From an uncultured archaeon (GTDB taxonomy: Archaea; Asgardarchaeota; Thorarchaeia; Thorarchaeales; Thorarchaeaceae), in NCBI GenBank assembly GCA_964458565.1, contig CAYWJO010000043.1, positions 1-30,963 of the forward strand: a stretch of DNA of 30,963 nt. The letters run 5' to 3'. Below are positions 8,980 to 18,118 of the stretch, one piece after another. Numbering within the stretch: position 1 is the first letter of the stretch; each line of letters begins with the position of its first letter. A program made the position numbers and the translations under genes. The notes beneath the pieces were generated by a model that was not told the origin of the DNA, ran no database searches, and saw only the letters and a program-made list of their open reading frames with translations.

Positions 8980-9627
8980 TTATTGTTTTTTGACTTTCTC
9001 CCAATCTTCAAGGAAGCGTTTGATACCCACGTCAGTAAGACTGTGTCTGATCATTTTATCTAGAACTGCTGGAGGAATCGTTGCTATATCAGCTCCAAGA
9101 AGCGCTGCTTCATGAACATGTTCCGGATGGCGAATGCTCGCTACGATAACTTCTGTCGCATATCCATAATTCATGTAGATTTGAACTATATCTGCAATAA
9201 GCTGCATCCCTGGGTGACCAATGTCATCCAACCTACCGATAAACGGTGAAACAAATGTCGCTCCTGCTTTTGCAGCAAGTAGTGCTTGATTTGCACTGAA
9301 ACAGAGAGTGACGTTGGTCTTGATGTCTTCATCAGCAAGCACTTTCACTGCCTTCAATCCTTCCCAAGTCATTGGAATTTTGATTGCTGCATTATCAATC
9401 CAGCCATTCAATTCTCTGGCTTCCTCCAACATACCCTCTGCATCCTCACTAACTACCTCGAGACTGATTGGACCTTCAACAAAAGATGCTATTTCATCTA
9501 CTATCTTTCTGAAATCACGACCTTCTTTTGCTACCAGAGATGGATTTGTTGTTACACCATCAACCATTCCTCGTTCATGGGCTTTTCTAATATCTTCGAC
9601 ATTGGCAGTATCAATAAAGAACTTCAT
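8980..9627 (-). CDS. tal: Transaldolase (small TalC/MipB/FSA-type family)
   Basis: [17 protein letters not shown] and Schiff-base Lys in IKIP. Glu in SLEV and Phe in SPFIGRLDD are the transaldolase-type rather than FSA-type residues. Likely start is ATG 9627. Confidence 0.9.
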   Translation of the reverse strand: MKFFIDTANVEDIRKAHERGMVDGVTTNPSLVAKEGRDFRKIVDEIASFVEGPISLEVVSEDAEGMLEEARELNGWIDNAAIKIPMTWEGLKAVKVLADEDIKTNVTLCFSANQALLAAKAGATFVSPFIGRLDDIGHPGMQLIADIVQIYMNYGYATEVIVASIRHPEHVHEAALLGADIATIPPAVLDKMIRHSLTDVGIKRFLEDWEKVKKQ

Positions 9628-9784
9628 CGCACTCATCTCAATTATCTGTTGGTTCATATGAGGAATAGCGGAAGTATATTACATTGTCTGTATGTTTGAT
9701 GATCACCAAGGAAGTTTCATCAGATTATTATAATTCTAGTTACTCGACGTTTGAATACATATTTCGCTGTTTCTTCTCATGTAC

Positions 9785-9840
9785 AAAACCTTATAAGTAT
9801 CAATACCGATATCGGTATTGATATCAATATTGATATTGAA
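9785..9840 (+). promoter_or_regulatory. padR promoter (BRE/TATA) with overlapping palindromic operator array
   Basis: AAAACCTTATAAG TATA-like element, then perfect palindromes at 9798-9823 (26 bp), 9816-9829 and 9821-9836. Confidence 0.7.
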
Positions 9841-9872
9841 AAAAAAACAACAAATAAAACGAGGAAAAAACA

Positions 9873-10451
9873 ATGTGCGAATTTAGACACACACACTATG
9901 GTCATGGAAGACCCAATGGTCATAGATCTATGAGAAGAAGAACTGCCCGAGTACCTAAAGGATTACTGAGACACTATGTACTGAAACTACTTGATGAGAA
10001 TCCTATGTCTGGCTCAGAAATAATGAGTACAATCTCAGCAAGAACAGAGAATAGATGGGAACCAAGTCCTGGTTCAGTTTATCCACTCCTTTCATGGCTG
10101 CTTGATTCTGGATTTACAAAAATATCCGAAGATCAAGATGTTGGAATAAAACGATATGGTCTCACAGATGAAGGCAAGAAGTTCTTAGAAGAGCATGATG
10201 AAAATCACCCGGACTTCGATCAGAGGATCTTGGATACGGGACCGCACTTTAGAGGTGATATGTCTCGATTTCCAAAAGAGGTCCGAGAATTGTTCAAGGA
10301 TTTCCGAATTATACGACGCTCAAGCAGAAGGCTCCTTAGGCGTTTGGAGAAGGACTATTCGGAAGAAACTGTTGAAAAGGCAAAAGCCGCAATTGCAGAA
10401 TTCATTGAAAAATTGGACCTCTTATCTGAATTTGATGAGTCCAAAGAATAA
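9873..10451 (+). CDS. PadR-family transcriptional regulator
   Basis: GLLRHYVLKLLDENPMSGSEIM...WEPSPGSVYPLL...YGLTDEGK winged-HTH; His/Arg-rich N-terminus; GAGG RBS. Confidence 0.92.
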   Translation: MCEFRHTHYGHGRPNGHRSMRRRTARVPKGLLRHYVLKLLDENPMSGSEIMSTISARTENRWEPSPGSVYPLLSWLLDSGFTKISEDQDVGIKRYGLTDEGKKFLEEHDENHPDFDQRILDTGPHFRGDMSRFPKEVRELFKDFRIIRRSSRRLLRRLEKDYSEETVEKAKAAIAEFIEKLDLLSEFDESKE

Positions 10452-10460
10452 ATCACCATA

Positions 10461-10507
10461 CTTCAGGATGACTGAAGAATGGATAAGTGAGGGGATTAAC
10501 CCCTCAC
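10461..10507. terminator. Two hairpins between convergent padR and maoC
   Basis: CTTCAG-N5-CTGAAG (10461-10477) and GTGAGGGG-ATTAA-CCCCTCAC (10487-10507). Confidence 0.55.
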
Positions 10508-10520
10508 AAAATAATATTCA

Positions 10521-10940
10521 TTATAGATCCATCAATTTTACTGTAGCATCACCATCAATTACTATCTTATCATCCTGATTCGTGCATGTGGTCTTCATTG
10601 TAACACGTTGTTTTTCATCATCCAGCTTCACAACTTCCACTCTAGCTGTGATAATATCACCAATTCTGACTGGGGCAAGAAATCTCATGGTCTGGCCCAA
10701 GTATATTGTTCCAGGTCCTGGTAACTTCATGCCGATTGCAGTACTGATGTATGATGCTGAAAGGAGCCCATGTGCAATACGCCCATTAAACATAGTGGAT
10801 TTAGCCCATTCCTCGTCAAAATGGAGTGGATTATAATCTCCTGTCAGATCACCAAAGGTCTTGACGTCTGCTTCGGTGATTACATGTGTAACCTCAGCGT
10901 ACTGTCCCAATTCAATATCAGAGTATTTTGTAACCTTCAT
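10521..10940 (-). CDS. MaoC/PhaJ-type (R)-specific enoyl-CoA hydratase (hot-dog fold)
   Basis: Hydratase-2 motif FGDLTGDYNPLHFD, plus GRIAHG and LPGPGTIYLGQ; probable ATG at 10940. Confidence 0.9.
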   Translation of the reverse strand: MKVTKYSDIELGQYAEVTHVITEADVKTFGDLTGDYNPLHFDEEWAKSTMFNGRIAHGLLSASYISTAIGMKLPGPGTIYLGQTMRFLAPVRIGDIITARVEVVKLDDEKQRVTMKTTCTNQDDKIVIDGDATVKLMDL

Positions 10941-10985
10941 TGATATCTCTCTCAATCCAATTTTTTATCATCTGTCAGGATGTGC

Positions 10986-12005
10986 TCAATCTACAGGTCC
11001 CCATTTTATAGTCATTGCATTCCATGACCATCCAATCCCAGCAGCAGTCAGAACGACAACATCTCCGTCTTTGATCTTACCACTCTTGAGACCCTCCTCT
11101 AGTGACACAATCGAGTCATTTTGCCCCATATGTCCCCACTCATCGAAATATGTCGATTGTTCATAGGGGTGAACACCACACTCCTTGGCGACATACTCAA
11201 ACGCACTTCTCTTCATCCTGATGAGACCAAGATAGTCAATATCCTCTCTTGAATATCCGCTCTTTTCAAGTGACTCATCAACAACCTTCAGGAAATTACT
11301 CATTGAGAGTCTGTCAAGTCGGTCCTTCAGACCTTCTGGATCTGTTACATCTAGATAGTGTAACCGTTGCTCAATGGTTTCGCAAGTAGCTGGCATCACT
11401 GTGCCTCCTGCTGGAACATACACATCCTCTGAAAACTGACCATCGGAGATGACGCTACCTTCAAGGATTACGTTATGTGGATAGTCATTTCGGAGAATCA
11501 TTGCGACACCACTCGCTGCTAGGTCGTGCATGAAACGAGTCCGAATGTTGGTATAATCAATAAGGTCGCAGTTTCTGTATCCACTGCTAATTAAAACTCG
11601 ATTGTATCCATGGGTCTGCATTAGCGACTTGGCAAGAATCATTGCTACTACGATTGTGCCACACCGTTGGTTGACATCGAAAGCCCACGCTCTGGTCGCA
11701 CTAACTTCATTTTGGAACTTAATCGCATAGGTCTGCATGGGATGCTCAGCATAGACCTCTCCAGCCCATATCACCAAATCGATGTCCTCTACAGGATTAA
11801 TACCTGCTCGTTCGATGGCAATCTTAGCTGCCTTTACGCCCATAGCAACGGTGTGATCATCAGGACCCGGTACTGATTTACTCAACATTCCCATCTTTGT
11901 CTTGATGATTTCCGCAGGAGTTCCAGAGTATTTTGAGATGTACTCCGCTGTATGTCTCTCTGAAGGTATATAGGTTCCAATCGCTTCAATACCAATTGCT
12001 TTCAT
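10986..12005 (-). CDS. 3-oxoacyl-ACP synthase III (FabH)-like thiolase-fold enzyme, non-canonical (Cys115 / Arg263 / His292)
   Basis: IGTYIP, AFDVNQRCG, LIRMKRSA, WGHMGQND, AAGIGWSWNA; ATGA overlap with the upstream ligase. Confidence 0.88.
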   Translation of the reverse strand: MKAIGIEAIGTYIPSERHTAEYISKYSGTPAEIIKTKMGMLSKSVPGPDDHTVAMGVKAAKIAIERAGINPVEDIDLVIWAGEVYAEHPMQTYAIKFQNEVSATRAWAFDVNQRCGTIVVAMILAKSLMQTHGYNRVLISSGYRNCDLIDYTNIRTRFMHDLAASGVAMILRNDYPHNVILEGSVISDGQFSEDVYVPAGGTVMPATCETIEQRLHYLDVTDPEGLKDRLDRLSMSNFLKVVDESLEKSGYSREDIDYLGLIRMKRSAFEYVAKECGVHPYEQSTYFDEWGHMGQNDSIVSLEEGLKSGKIKDGDVVVLTAAGIGWSWNAMTIKWGPVD

Positions 12006-13537
12006 GATTTATCCTCCAGTTCCCTTTTCAGAATCTTTCCCGCCGCACTCTTAGGTAGATCTTCACGAAATTCATAGTACTTGGGTATTTTGTAGCGTGC
12101 TAATTTCCCATCAAAATACTTTCTGATTTCATCTTCTGTCATCGACTCTCCTTCTCTTAGCACAATGAATGCTTTACCTACCTCACCCCATTTTTCGTCT
12201 GGAACTCCTATAACCGCTGATTCAGATATTTTTGGATGTTTGTATAGAATCTCCTCTATTTCAGTAGGGAATATGTTTTCCCCTCCACTGATGAACATGT
12301 CCTTCTTACGACCAACGATATAGTAGAATCCCTCACTATCTCGGAGGACTAAGTCTCCAGTATGAACCCATCCATCTGATGTGATTACTTTAGCTGTTTC
12401 CTCTGGTTCTTCCCAATATCCACTAAACATATGTGGTCCCCTAAGGAGTAGCTCACCTGCTTGTCCGTCTTTCACTGATTGATTTTTATCATCAACTATT
12501 CTCATATCACAGTGAAATACGGGAAATCCCACTGATGTTGGTCTTTCCTTAACAGCATCATCAGGCAGGTAGAAATTGTTTGGTCCCACCTCAGTAAGAC
12601 CGTACCCCATCTTCAATATTTTTCCACGTTCCCAATATTTCTCCATTATGGCAACGGGACATGGAGCTCCGCCACTGATGAAAACTCGCACGCTACTAAA
12701 ATCAGCTTGCTTGAACTTTGGTGATTGTGAAATCATATTGAACATTGTCGGCACTGCAATAACAAGAGTACATTTCTCACGTTCAATTACATTGAGGGTC
12801 TCTTCGGGATTGAAATCACCCATAATGATGCTTAATGCTCCAAAATGGTAGAATGGCATTAACAGCACATTGATACCACCAGTATGAAAGAGCGGAAATA
12901 GCAAGGGTTGAATGTCATTTGGTCGAAGACCCCATGATACAATCGTATTCACTGAATTCCAAAAAACTAATCTGTGAGATAAAACTGCACCCTTTGGTAA
13001 TCCTGTCGTTCCACCAGTGAACACTATCAGATATGGATCGTCAATTGTTATGGTGGGACGCTCTACTGCGCTTGATGCTTTTCTTGTCATAAGTGAGGAT
13101 ACATCCGGGTCGGAATCAAACATCTTATGACCCATAACAACGACTTGTTTCTTTTCGAGAAATGGACGAATCTCTCTAAATTGGTCTCTTAGATCAGGAT
13201 CATAAAATACTATGGAGGGATTTGTTTTCTTCAATAAATATTCGATCTCAGGTGTGGTCAGTCTTATATTGAATGGAGCCAGTATTGCCCCCACTTTTCC
13301 ACAAGCAAAGAGTATGTCAAGAAAATCGAACCTATTCTTTGAGTATACTCCAACTCGGTCTCCTTTTTGTACCCCCGAATCAAGTAACACTCTTGCAACC
13401 TGATTTGCTCGTTTATCCATTATTTCGAAAGTGTATCTCTTATTCTGGATGTTGTCAACGATTGCTTCCCTTTTTGGAGTCAGCAACGCTCTTTTTCCAG
13501 TCCAATCTCCTATCCAAGACCAATCTTTCAGGTCCAT
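12002..13537 (-). CDS. Acyl-CoA synthetase (AMP-forming, long-chain fatty acid/MenE-like) 1
   Basis: FTGGTTGLPKG, GYGLTE, TGD, KDMFISGGENIFP, GKILK. True start is ATG 13537 after an AGGTGA RBS. Confidence 0.92.
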   Translation of the reverse strand: MDLKDWSWIGDWTGKRALLTPKREAIVDNIQNKRYTFEIMDKRANQVARVLLDSGVQKGDRVGVYSKNRFDFLDILFACGKVGAILAPFNIRLTTPEIEYLLKKTNPSIVFYDPDLRDQFREIRPFLEKKQVVVMGHKMFDSDPDVSSLMTRKASSAVERPTITIDDPYLIVFTGGTTGLPKGAVLSHRLVFWNSVNTIVSWGLRPNDIQPLLFPLFHTGGINVLLMPFYHFGALSIIMGDFNPEETLNVIEREKCTLVIAVPTMFNMISQSPKFKQADFSSVRVFISGGAPCPVAIMEKYWERGKILKMGYGLTEVGPNNFYLPDDAVKERPTSVGFPVFHCDMRIVDDKNQSVKDGQAGELLLRGPHMFSGYWEEPEETAKVITSDGWVHTGDLVLRDSEGFYYIVGRKKDMFISGGENIFPTEIEEILYKHPKISESAVIGVPDEKWGEVGKAFIVLREGESMTEDEIRKYFDGKLARYKIPKYYEFREDLPKSAAGKILKRELEDKS

Positions 13538-13735
13538 AGTTAAGTCACCTATTGATTCAGGATGAAACATCATAAGTATTAGTGTTGTTGAAGACAAACT
13601 CAGAAGTCTTCTTAAGAATGCTGGTAGAAAAAGCATCTTCAATTTCATCCAAAACATATATTGGCCAGAACTGAATTCACCAAAGATAACTGACATTGGA
13701 TATGCAATGTCAAAGAGATTCTGGAGGAAGTCGAT
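13538..13735. promoter_or_regulatory. Divergent promoter of the acyl-CoA cluster with a 22-bp near-perfect palindrome
   Basis: TGACATTGGATATGCAATGTCA (13691-13712, 10 of 11 pairs); TATA-like AAAACATATATT near 13651-13662; GAAGAC-N10-GTCTTC at 13590-13611; GGAGG RBS before livG. Confidence 0.6.
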
Positions 13736-14530
13736 TTGTCCTCAACAAATGAATACATCCTTAACACGAGTGGTTTGACCAAAAGATTCGGTGGACTAGT
13801 TGCTGTCAATGATGTAAGCCTTAATGTCGAAAGAGGTTCAATAAAAGCAATCATTGGTCCAAATGGTTCAGGAAAAACCACCTTTTTTAATCTGATTACA
13901 GGAGCACTTCCTCCTTCATCTGGAAAGATATATTTTGAAGGCCAAGATATCACTAGATTTTCAATGCATCAACGGACACGGCAAGGCATATCACGATCAT
14001 ATCAGATAACGAATATTTTTCCATATCAGACTACATTCGAAAATATCCGTTTAGCTGCTCAAGGTTGTAGTGGTTCAAGAGTGAATTTTCTTGGTATGTT
14101 AAAGAAAGCAGGCTCGTTCATCAATTTTCATGAGAAAGTAATTGAAATTGCTACAATAGTAGGTCTTGATCCTGCACGACTGTATATCCCAGCCACTTTG
14201 ATCCCACATGCAGAACAAAGAAAGCTTGAAATCGCAATGGCTCTCGCCACGGATCCGAAACTTCTCTTACTTGACGAACCTGCGGCTGGAATGGCAATAG
14301 AAGAGATACCAGATGTTATTGATGCTATTTTGCGAGTCAAAGAATCCTATGGCGATCGACTAACGCTGTTGGTGGTTGAACACAAAATGGATATTGTTAT
14401 GAAACTCAGTGAGGAAATTATTGTGCTTTCAGAAGGGAAAATTATCGCAAAAGGTCCTCCAAAAGAGATTCAAGAGAATGAACAAGTATTGACAGCTTAT
14501 CTTGGTGGTACAGATGAAAAACTTGCTTGA
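13736..14530 (+). CDS. livG: HAAT (branched-chain-type) ABC transporter ATPase, LivG-like
   Basis: KRFGGLVAV, Walker A GPNGSGKTT, LLLLDEPAAG, VEHKM, AYLG; TTG start with GGAGG RBS. Confidence 0.9.
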   Translation: MSSTNEYILNTSGLTKRFGGLVAVNDVSLNVERGSIKAIIGPNGSGKTTFFNLITGALPPSSGKIYFEGQDITRFSMHQRTRQGISRSYQITNIFPYQTTFENIRLAAQGCSGSRVNFLGMLKKAGSFINFHEKVIEIATIVGLDPARLYIPATLIPHAEQRKLEIAMALATDPKLLLLDEPAAGMAIEEIPDVIDAILRVKESYGDRLTLLVVEHKMDIVMKLSEEIIVLSEGKIIAKGPPKEIQENEQVLTAYLGGTDEKLA

Positions 14531-15236
14531 AATACAAAATGCTCATGTATACATTGGGTCTTTCTATATTCTTCAAGGAATATCAATTGTTGTACCCAAG
14601 GGAGAAGTAACTCTATTATTGGGTAGGAACGGATCCGGTAAAACCACAACAATGAAGACAATACTTGGTATATATCCACCGAGAGAAGGAAAGATTGTTT
14701 TCAACGGTGAGGAGTTATCAAATCTACGCACCCATGAAATAGTCAACAAAGGAATCGGGTATGTTCCTGACACCAGAAGGATATTTGGAACATTGACGGT
14801 TGAACAAAATCTAATTGTGTCGATGCGGAAGGGAGGTCTTAAAGGTGATGTGCAGGAACGATTGGACTTCATTTTTGACCTGTTTCCTGACATGAAGAGA
14901 TTCTACAAGCAGAGAGCAAGTGCTCTTTCAGGTGGTCAGCAGCAGATGCTAGCTGTGGCTCGTGCGTTGATGAATGATAACGATTTGCTACTTATAGACG
15001 AGCCCACAGAAGGCCTAAGTCCCCTCCTAGCCAAGAATCTCATCAATGCTCTTGGCCAACTGAAGGAGTTTGCTACTATCCTATTAATAGAACAGAACTT
15101 TCGAGCTGTGTCTAAGCTAGGTGATAACTACTACATTTTCGATGGTGGAAAAATCGTCCATGAAGGAGATAACATGACTGAGCTAATAGCTGACAAGGCA
15201 CGTGTTGCGCAATATTTGGGGGTAAGCATCAAATGA
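14514..15236 (+). CDS. livF: HAAT ABC transporter ATPase, LivF-like
   Basis: GRNGSGKTT, LSGGQQQMLA, LLIDEPTEGL, LIEQN; likely ATG at 14514. Confidence 0.9.
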   Translation: MKNLLEIQNAHVYIGSFYILQGISIVVPKGEVTLLLGRNGSGKTTTMKTILGIYPPREGKIVFNGEELSNLRTHEIVNKGIGYVPDTRRIFGTLTVEQNLIVSMRKGGLKGDVQERLDFIFDLFPDMKRFYKQRASALSGGQQQMLAVARALMNDNDLLLIDEPTEGLSPLLAKNLINALGQLKEFATILLIEQNFRAVSKLGDNYYIFDGGKIVHEGDNMTELIADKARVAQYLGVSIK

Positions 15237-16345
15237 CCATGCAAAGAAAGAGATTCTCTCCTCGGGACTACTTGGAGGAAAACCCACAAGCTCGCAAAAT
15301 ATTGAGAATTGCACTGGTGATTGCACTCATAATAATAGGAGTTCTATCGGTTTTAGCTGCCATAAACATCTATTCATGGGATGGATTCGTTGTTAAAGCT
15401 AGCAAATCACTAGTTAATGGTCTTGCACTTAGCATGTTGCTCTTCTTGATGGTTTCAGGTTTCTTCTTAATCTTTGGTCTATGTGATGTAATCAATTTCG
15501 CACACGGTGCGTTCTTTATGTTGGGTGGTTTCATGGGTTTTACAATCTATCTCGCAACCGAGGCTATTTTCCTAGACCCAGCCCTACCGTTCTATTTTAT
15601 CTTCGGAGCTAACCAATTTGCCATGTCAGTCACAGCTTTTATTGTGAGTGCCCTTGGAGCTACAGCAGTTATGGCTCTGATTGGTGGAGGAATAGAGTTC
15701 TTTACAATTCGGCGGCTTTACGGTAATCCTATTGCTCAGATACTGCTGACAGTTGGTTTTATGTTCATTATCACTCAGATTGCTGAGATTTTCTGGGGAC
15801 CTTCACAGTTTTCCTATTTTATTATTCCCAATTCGCAAATAAACTACTTCTTCATCAGTGGTATATTTGATTTTGGCGGTGGGCTGCAATTTGCGGTTTA
15901 CCGGATTTTCTTGATTTTTCTAGGGTTAGCAGTTGCTGGATTAATGTTTATAGGATTCAGAAAGACACGTATTGGACTCCAGATACAAGCAGGAATAGAA
16001 GATAAGGAGATGGTTGAAGCATTGGGGACTGATATCAGAAAATTGTTTACAATTGTGTTTATGTTGGGTGCAGGTCTTGCGGGACTATCAGGTGCTGTCC
16101 TAGTCCCATGGATTGGAGCGAACTCGGGTCATGGTCTCACATACCTCATATACGCATTTGTCATAGTTGTTGTTGGAGGCGCCCATTATGGTCGCTTTGA
16201 AGGGACTTTCTTTGGAGCACTTGTAGTCGGTCTATCAATTCAAATTACATCATATTTCATTCCATTTCTTGAGGACATTATCGTATTTATCATTATGGCG
16301 ATTATTTTGATAATAAAACCAGGAGGATTGACAGGTCATGCTTAA
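15233..16345 (+). CDS. livH: HAAT ABC transporter permease, LivH-like
   Basis: GFFLIFGLCDVINFAHGAFFMLG, LAGLSG, FVIVVVGG, KPGGL; ATGA overlap with livF. Confidence 0.9.
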   Translation: MTMQRKRFSPRDYLEENPQARKILRIALVIALIIIGVLSVLAAINIYSWDGFVVKASKSLVNGLALSMLLFLMVSGFFLIFGLCDVINFAHGAFFMLGGFMGFTIYLATEAIFLDPALPFYFIFGANQFAMSVTAFIVSALGATAVMALIGGGIEFFTIRRLYGNPIAQILLTVGFMFIITQIAEIFWGPSQFSYFIIPNSQINYFFISGIFDFGGGLQFAVYRIFLIFLGLAVAGLMFIGFRKTRIGLQIQAGIEDKEMVEALGTDIRKLFTIVFMLGAGLAGLSGAVLVPWIGANSGHGLTYLIYAFVIVVVGGAHYGRFEGTFFGALVVGLSIQITSYFIPFLEDIIVFIIMAIILIIKPGGLTGHA

Positions 16346-18113
16346 TGTAAGAACTATCGTAAGGAAACTGAAAGCAATTATCCATCGGATACCCTCCATA
16401 CTGTCAAACAATAGAACAGTAATAGCTGTTCTTGCGTTTTTGTATCTACTCCCCTTGGGTACAGCAGCAGGTACGTCCCCTGTTCGAACTTTGCTCTTCC
16501 TCATTACTAAGATAATGATCTTTGGTCTTCTTGCAATGTCTTTTGATCTACAATTAGGACGTGCATCGCTTCTGAATTTCGGACATGTTGCACTTTTTGG
16601 TGTGGGCGCTTATTTCATGGCATATACGTTAGACGCAGATTTTCTCCCCCCACCCTTTAATCTCATAGCTGCGATTCCATTTCCCCTTTCATTAATTGTA
16701 GCAATGATGATTGGCGGTGGTCTCGGGTTCATAATGGGTCTGACAACGAGCCGCATGAGAGGCACAGCGTTTGCATTCATTGCTTTAGCGATTGCGATGT
16801 TTATCTATAATTTCTTCTCTGATAATTCTGATTTATCTGGGGGCGAGACAGGACTGACGTTACCAACTCCTGCTCTCATTAGGACTGCGCCTTTCTATCT
16901 GCTTTTTGTCATACTTGCATTTGTATTCCTTGCCGCATTTATTGGAATGGTCGTCCTTTACATAAAGAAGCAGACAGAATCTATCGGTCTAATTCTGGTT
17001 TCTCTAGTTATGGTACCCTTTACAGGTTTGCTATTGTTTTTCGGGACAAATGTCTTTGGACCTGTGTTAGTTTTCATTGCATTTCTTGGGATGATTCTTT
17101 TCTATCGGATTAAACAGAGTAAATCAACTAGTGATCCTCTTCAATATTCTGAGAACCAAACACTCACAGGGAAAGTAAAACCAGCAAATATCCTGACTAC
17201 CTACGTATTACCTTTCATTATCATATTGATAGCCATCATTGGTTTGGTTGTAAGTTTTGGTACAAACATTGCTCAAATGATATCACTGTGGATCGAAGAT
17301 AAATCCACTGTTTACTACACTATTCCAGTGCAATTCTATCTAGTATTGACTTGTCTAGTGATAGTCTATGTTTTCATAAGACGATTAATTGCATCACCAT
17401 TTGGGAGAATGGTTATTGCGGTCGCTCAAAACGAAGAACGTGCTGAAGCTTTGGGCTATAATAGTTATCGTACTAAAATTGTTATACTTGTCATTAGTGG
17501 AGCAATTGCCGCCCTTGCGGGGGCGTTGTATGCACCATTCATTAGAATTATTGATCCGTCCACCGTATTAGGAGTTGAAGTTACAATCAGTGCAATGTTG
17601 TACACCATCATCGGAGGAATTGCTACACTACTTGGTCCAATACTCGGATCAGGAGTCGTAGTGTACTCTGAGTCAAATCTAGTGGATGTCATCAAGTACG
17701 GTCTAGGTCTACCTGGACAATTATGGTTGGTGGGGCTAGGAGTGATGTACATACTCATTGTCCTATTCATGCCTTTTGGTATCGTTGGTTCAACTGGGAG
17801 AAGGTTCGACTCTGTCAAAGGGAAACTACAACGAATGAAATTACGTCAATTTGAGTTTGGACTAAAAGATGCTGATTATTGGGTATTTGGATTACTTGGT
17901 GCAATGGGCATATTCCTATTGTTAACGGAAGATAGTGGAGTACTCCCTATTGCTATCGGAATATTTGGATTACTGGGGACAATTGGTTTTCTCCTATTGT
18001 TAATCTTTAGAAGGGAGATTTGGTCACGATTGAAATCTTCCAGTGGAAGGTTGAAATCGAGATCGATAACTTTCGGTGGAAGGATAAGATCGAGATTAAG
18101 AGGAAGGAAGTGA
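16338..18113 (+). CDS. livM: HAAT ABC transporter permease, LivM-like, enlarged (591 aa)
   Basis: LLNFGHVALFGVGAY, SGGETG, SPFGRMVIAVAQNEERAEALGY, IIGGIATLLGP, MPFGIVG; extra hydrophobic insert and C-terminal extension. Confidence 0.88.
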   Translation: MLNVRTIVRKLKAIIHRIPSILSNNRTVIAVLAFLYLLPLGTAAGTSPVRTLLFLITKIMIFGLLAMSFDLQLGRASLLNFGHVALFGVGAYFMAYTLDADFLPPPFNLIAAIPFPLSLIVAMMIGGGLGFIMGLTTSRMRGTAFAFIALAIAMFIYNFFSDNSDLSGGETGLTLPTPALIRTAPFYLLFVILAFVFLAAFIGMVVLYIKKQTESIGLILVSLVMVPFTGLLLFFGTNVFGPVLVFIAFLGMILFYRIKQSKSTSDPLQYSENQTLTGKVKPANILTTYVLPFIIILIAIIGLVVSFGTNIAQMISLWIEDKSTVYYTIPVQFYLVLTCLVIVYVFIRRLIASPFGRMVIAVAQNEERAEALGYNSYRTKIVILVISGAIAALAGALYAPFIRIIDPSTVLGVEVTISAMLYTIIGGIATLLGPILGSGVVVYSESNLVDVIKYGLGLPGQLWLVGLGVMYILIVLFMPFGIVGSTGRRFDSVKGKLQRMKLRQFEFGLKDADYWVFGLLGAMGIFLLLTEDSGVLPIAIGIFGLLGTIGFLLLLIFRREIWSRLKSSSGRLKSRSITFGGRIRSRLRGRK

Positions 18114-18118
18114 TTGAT

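Noticed and set aside
8980-9627. Fructose-6-phosphate aldolase (fsa) call
   Set aside because: The diagnostic residues are Glu (SLEV) and Phe (SPF), the transaldolase type; FSA has Gln and Tyr.
9751-9933. 60-aa ORF with DIGIDINIDIE repeat
   Set aside because: It is a translation of the padR promoter palindrome array and poly-A tract.
13538-13696. 53-aa N-terminal extension of acyl-CoA ligase 1 in the ORF track
   Set aside because: It spans the divergent promoter; a strong AGGTGA RBS precedes ATG 13537, and that start gives a length matching ligase 2.
18020-18109. N-terminal extension of hydrolase 1 overlapping livM
   Set aside because: Similarity to hydrolase 2 (MPIRKINGINIYYE) begins at LPYATIGNIDIYYE; the extension is an alternative-frame reading of the livM tail.
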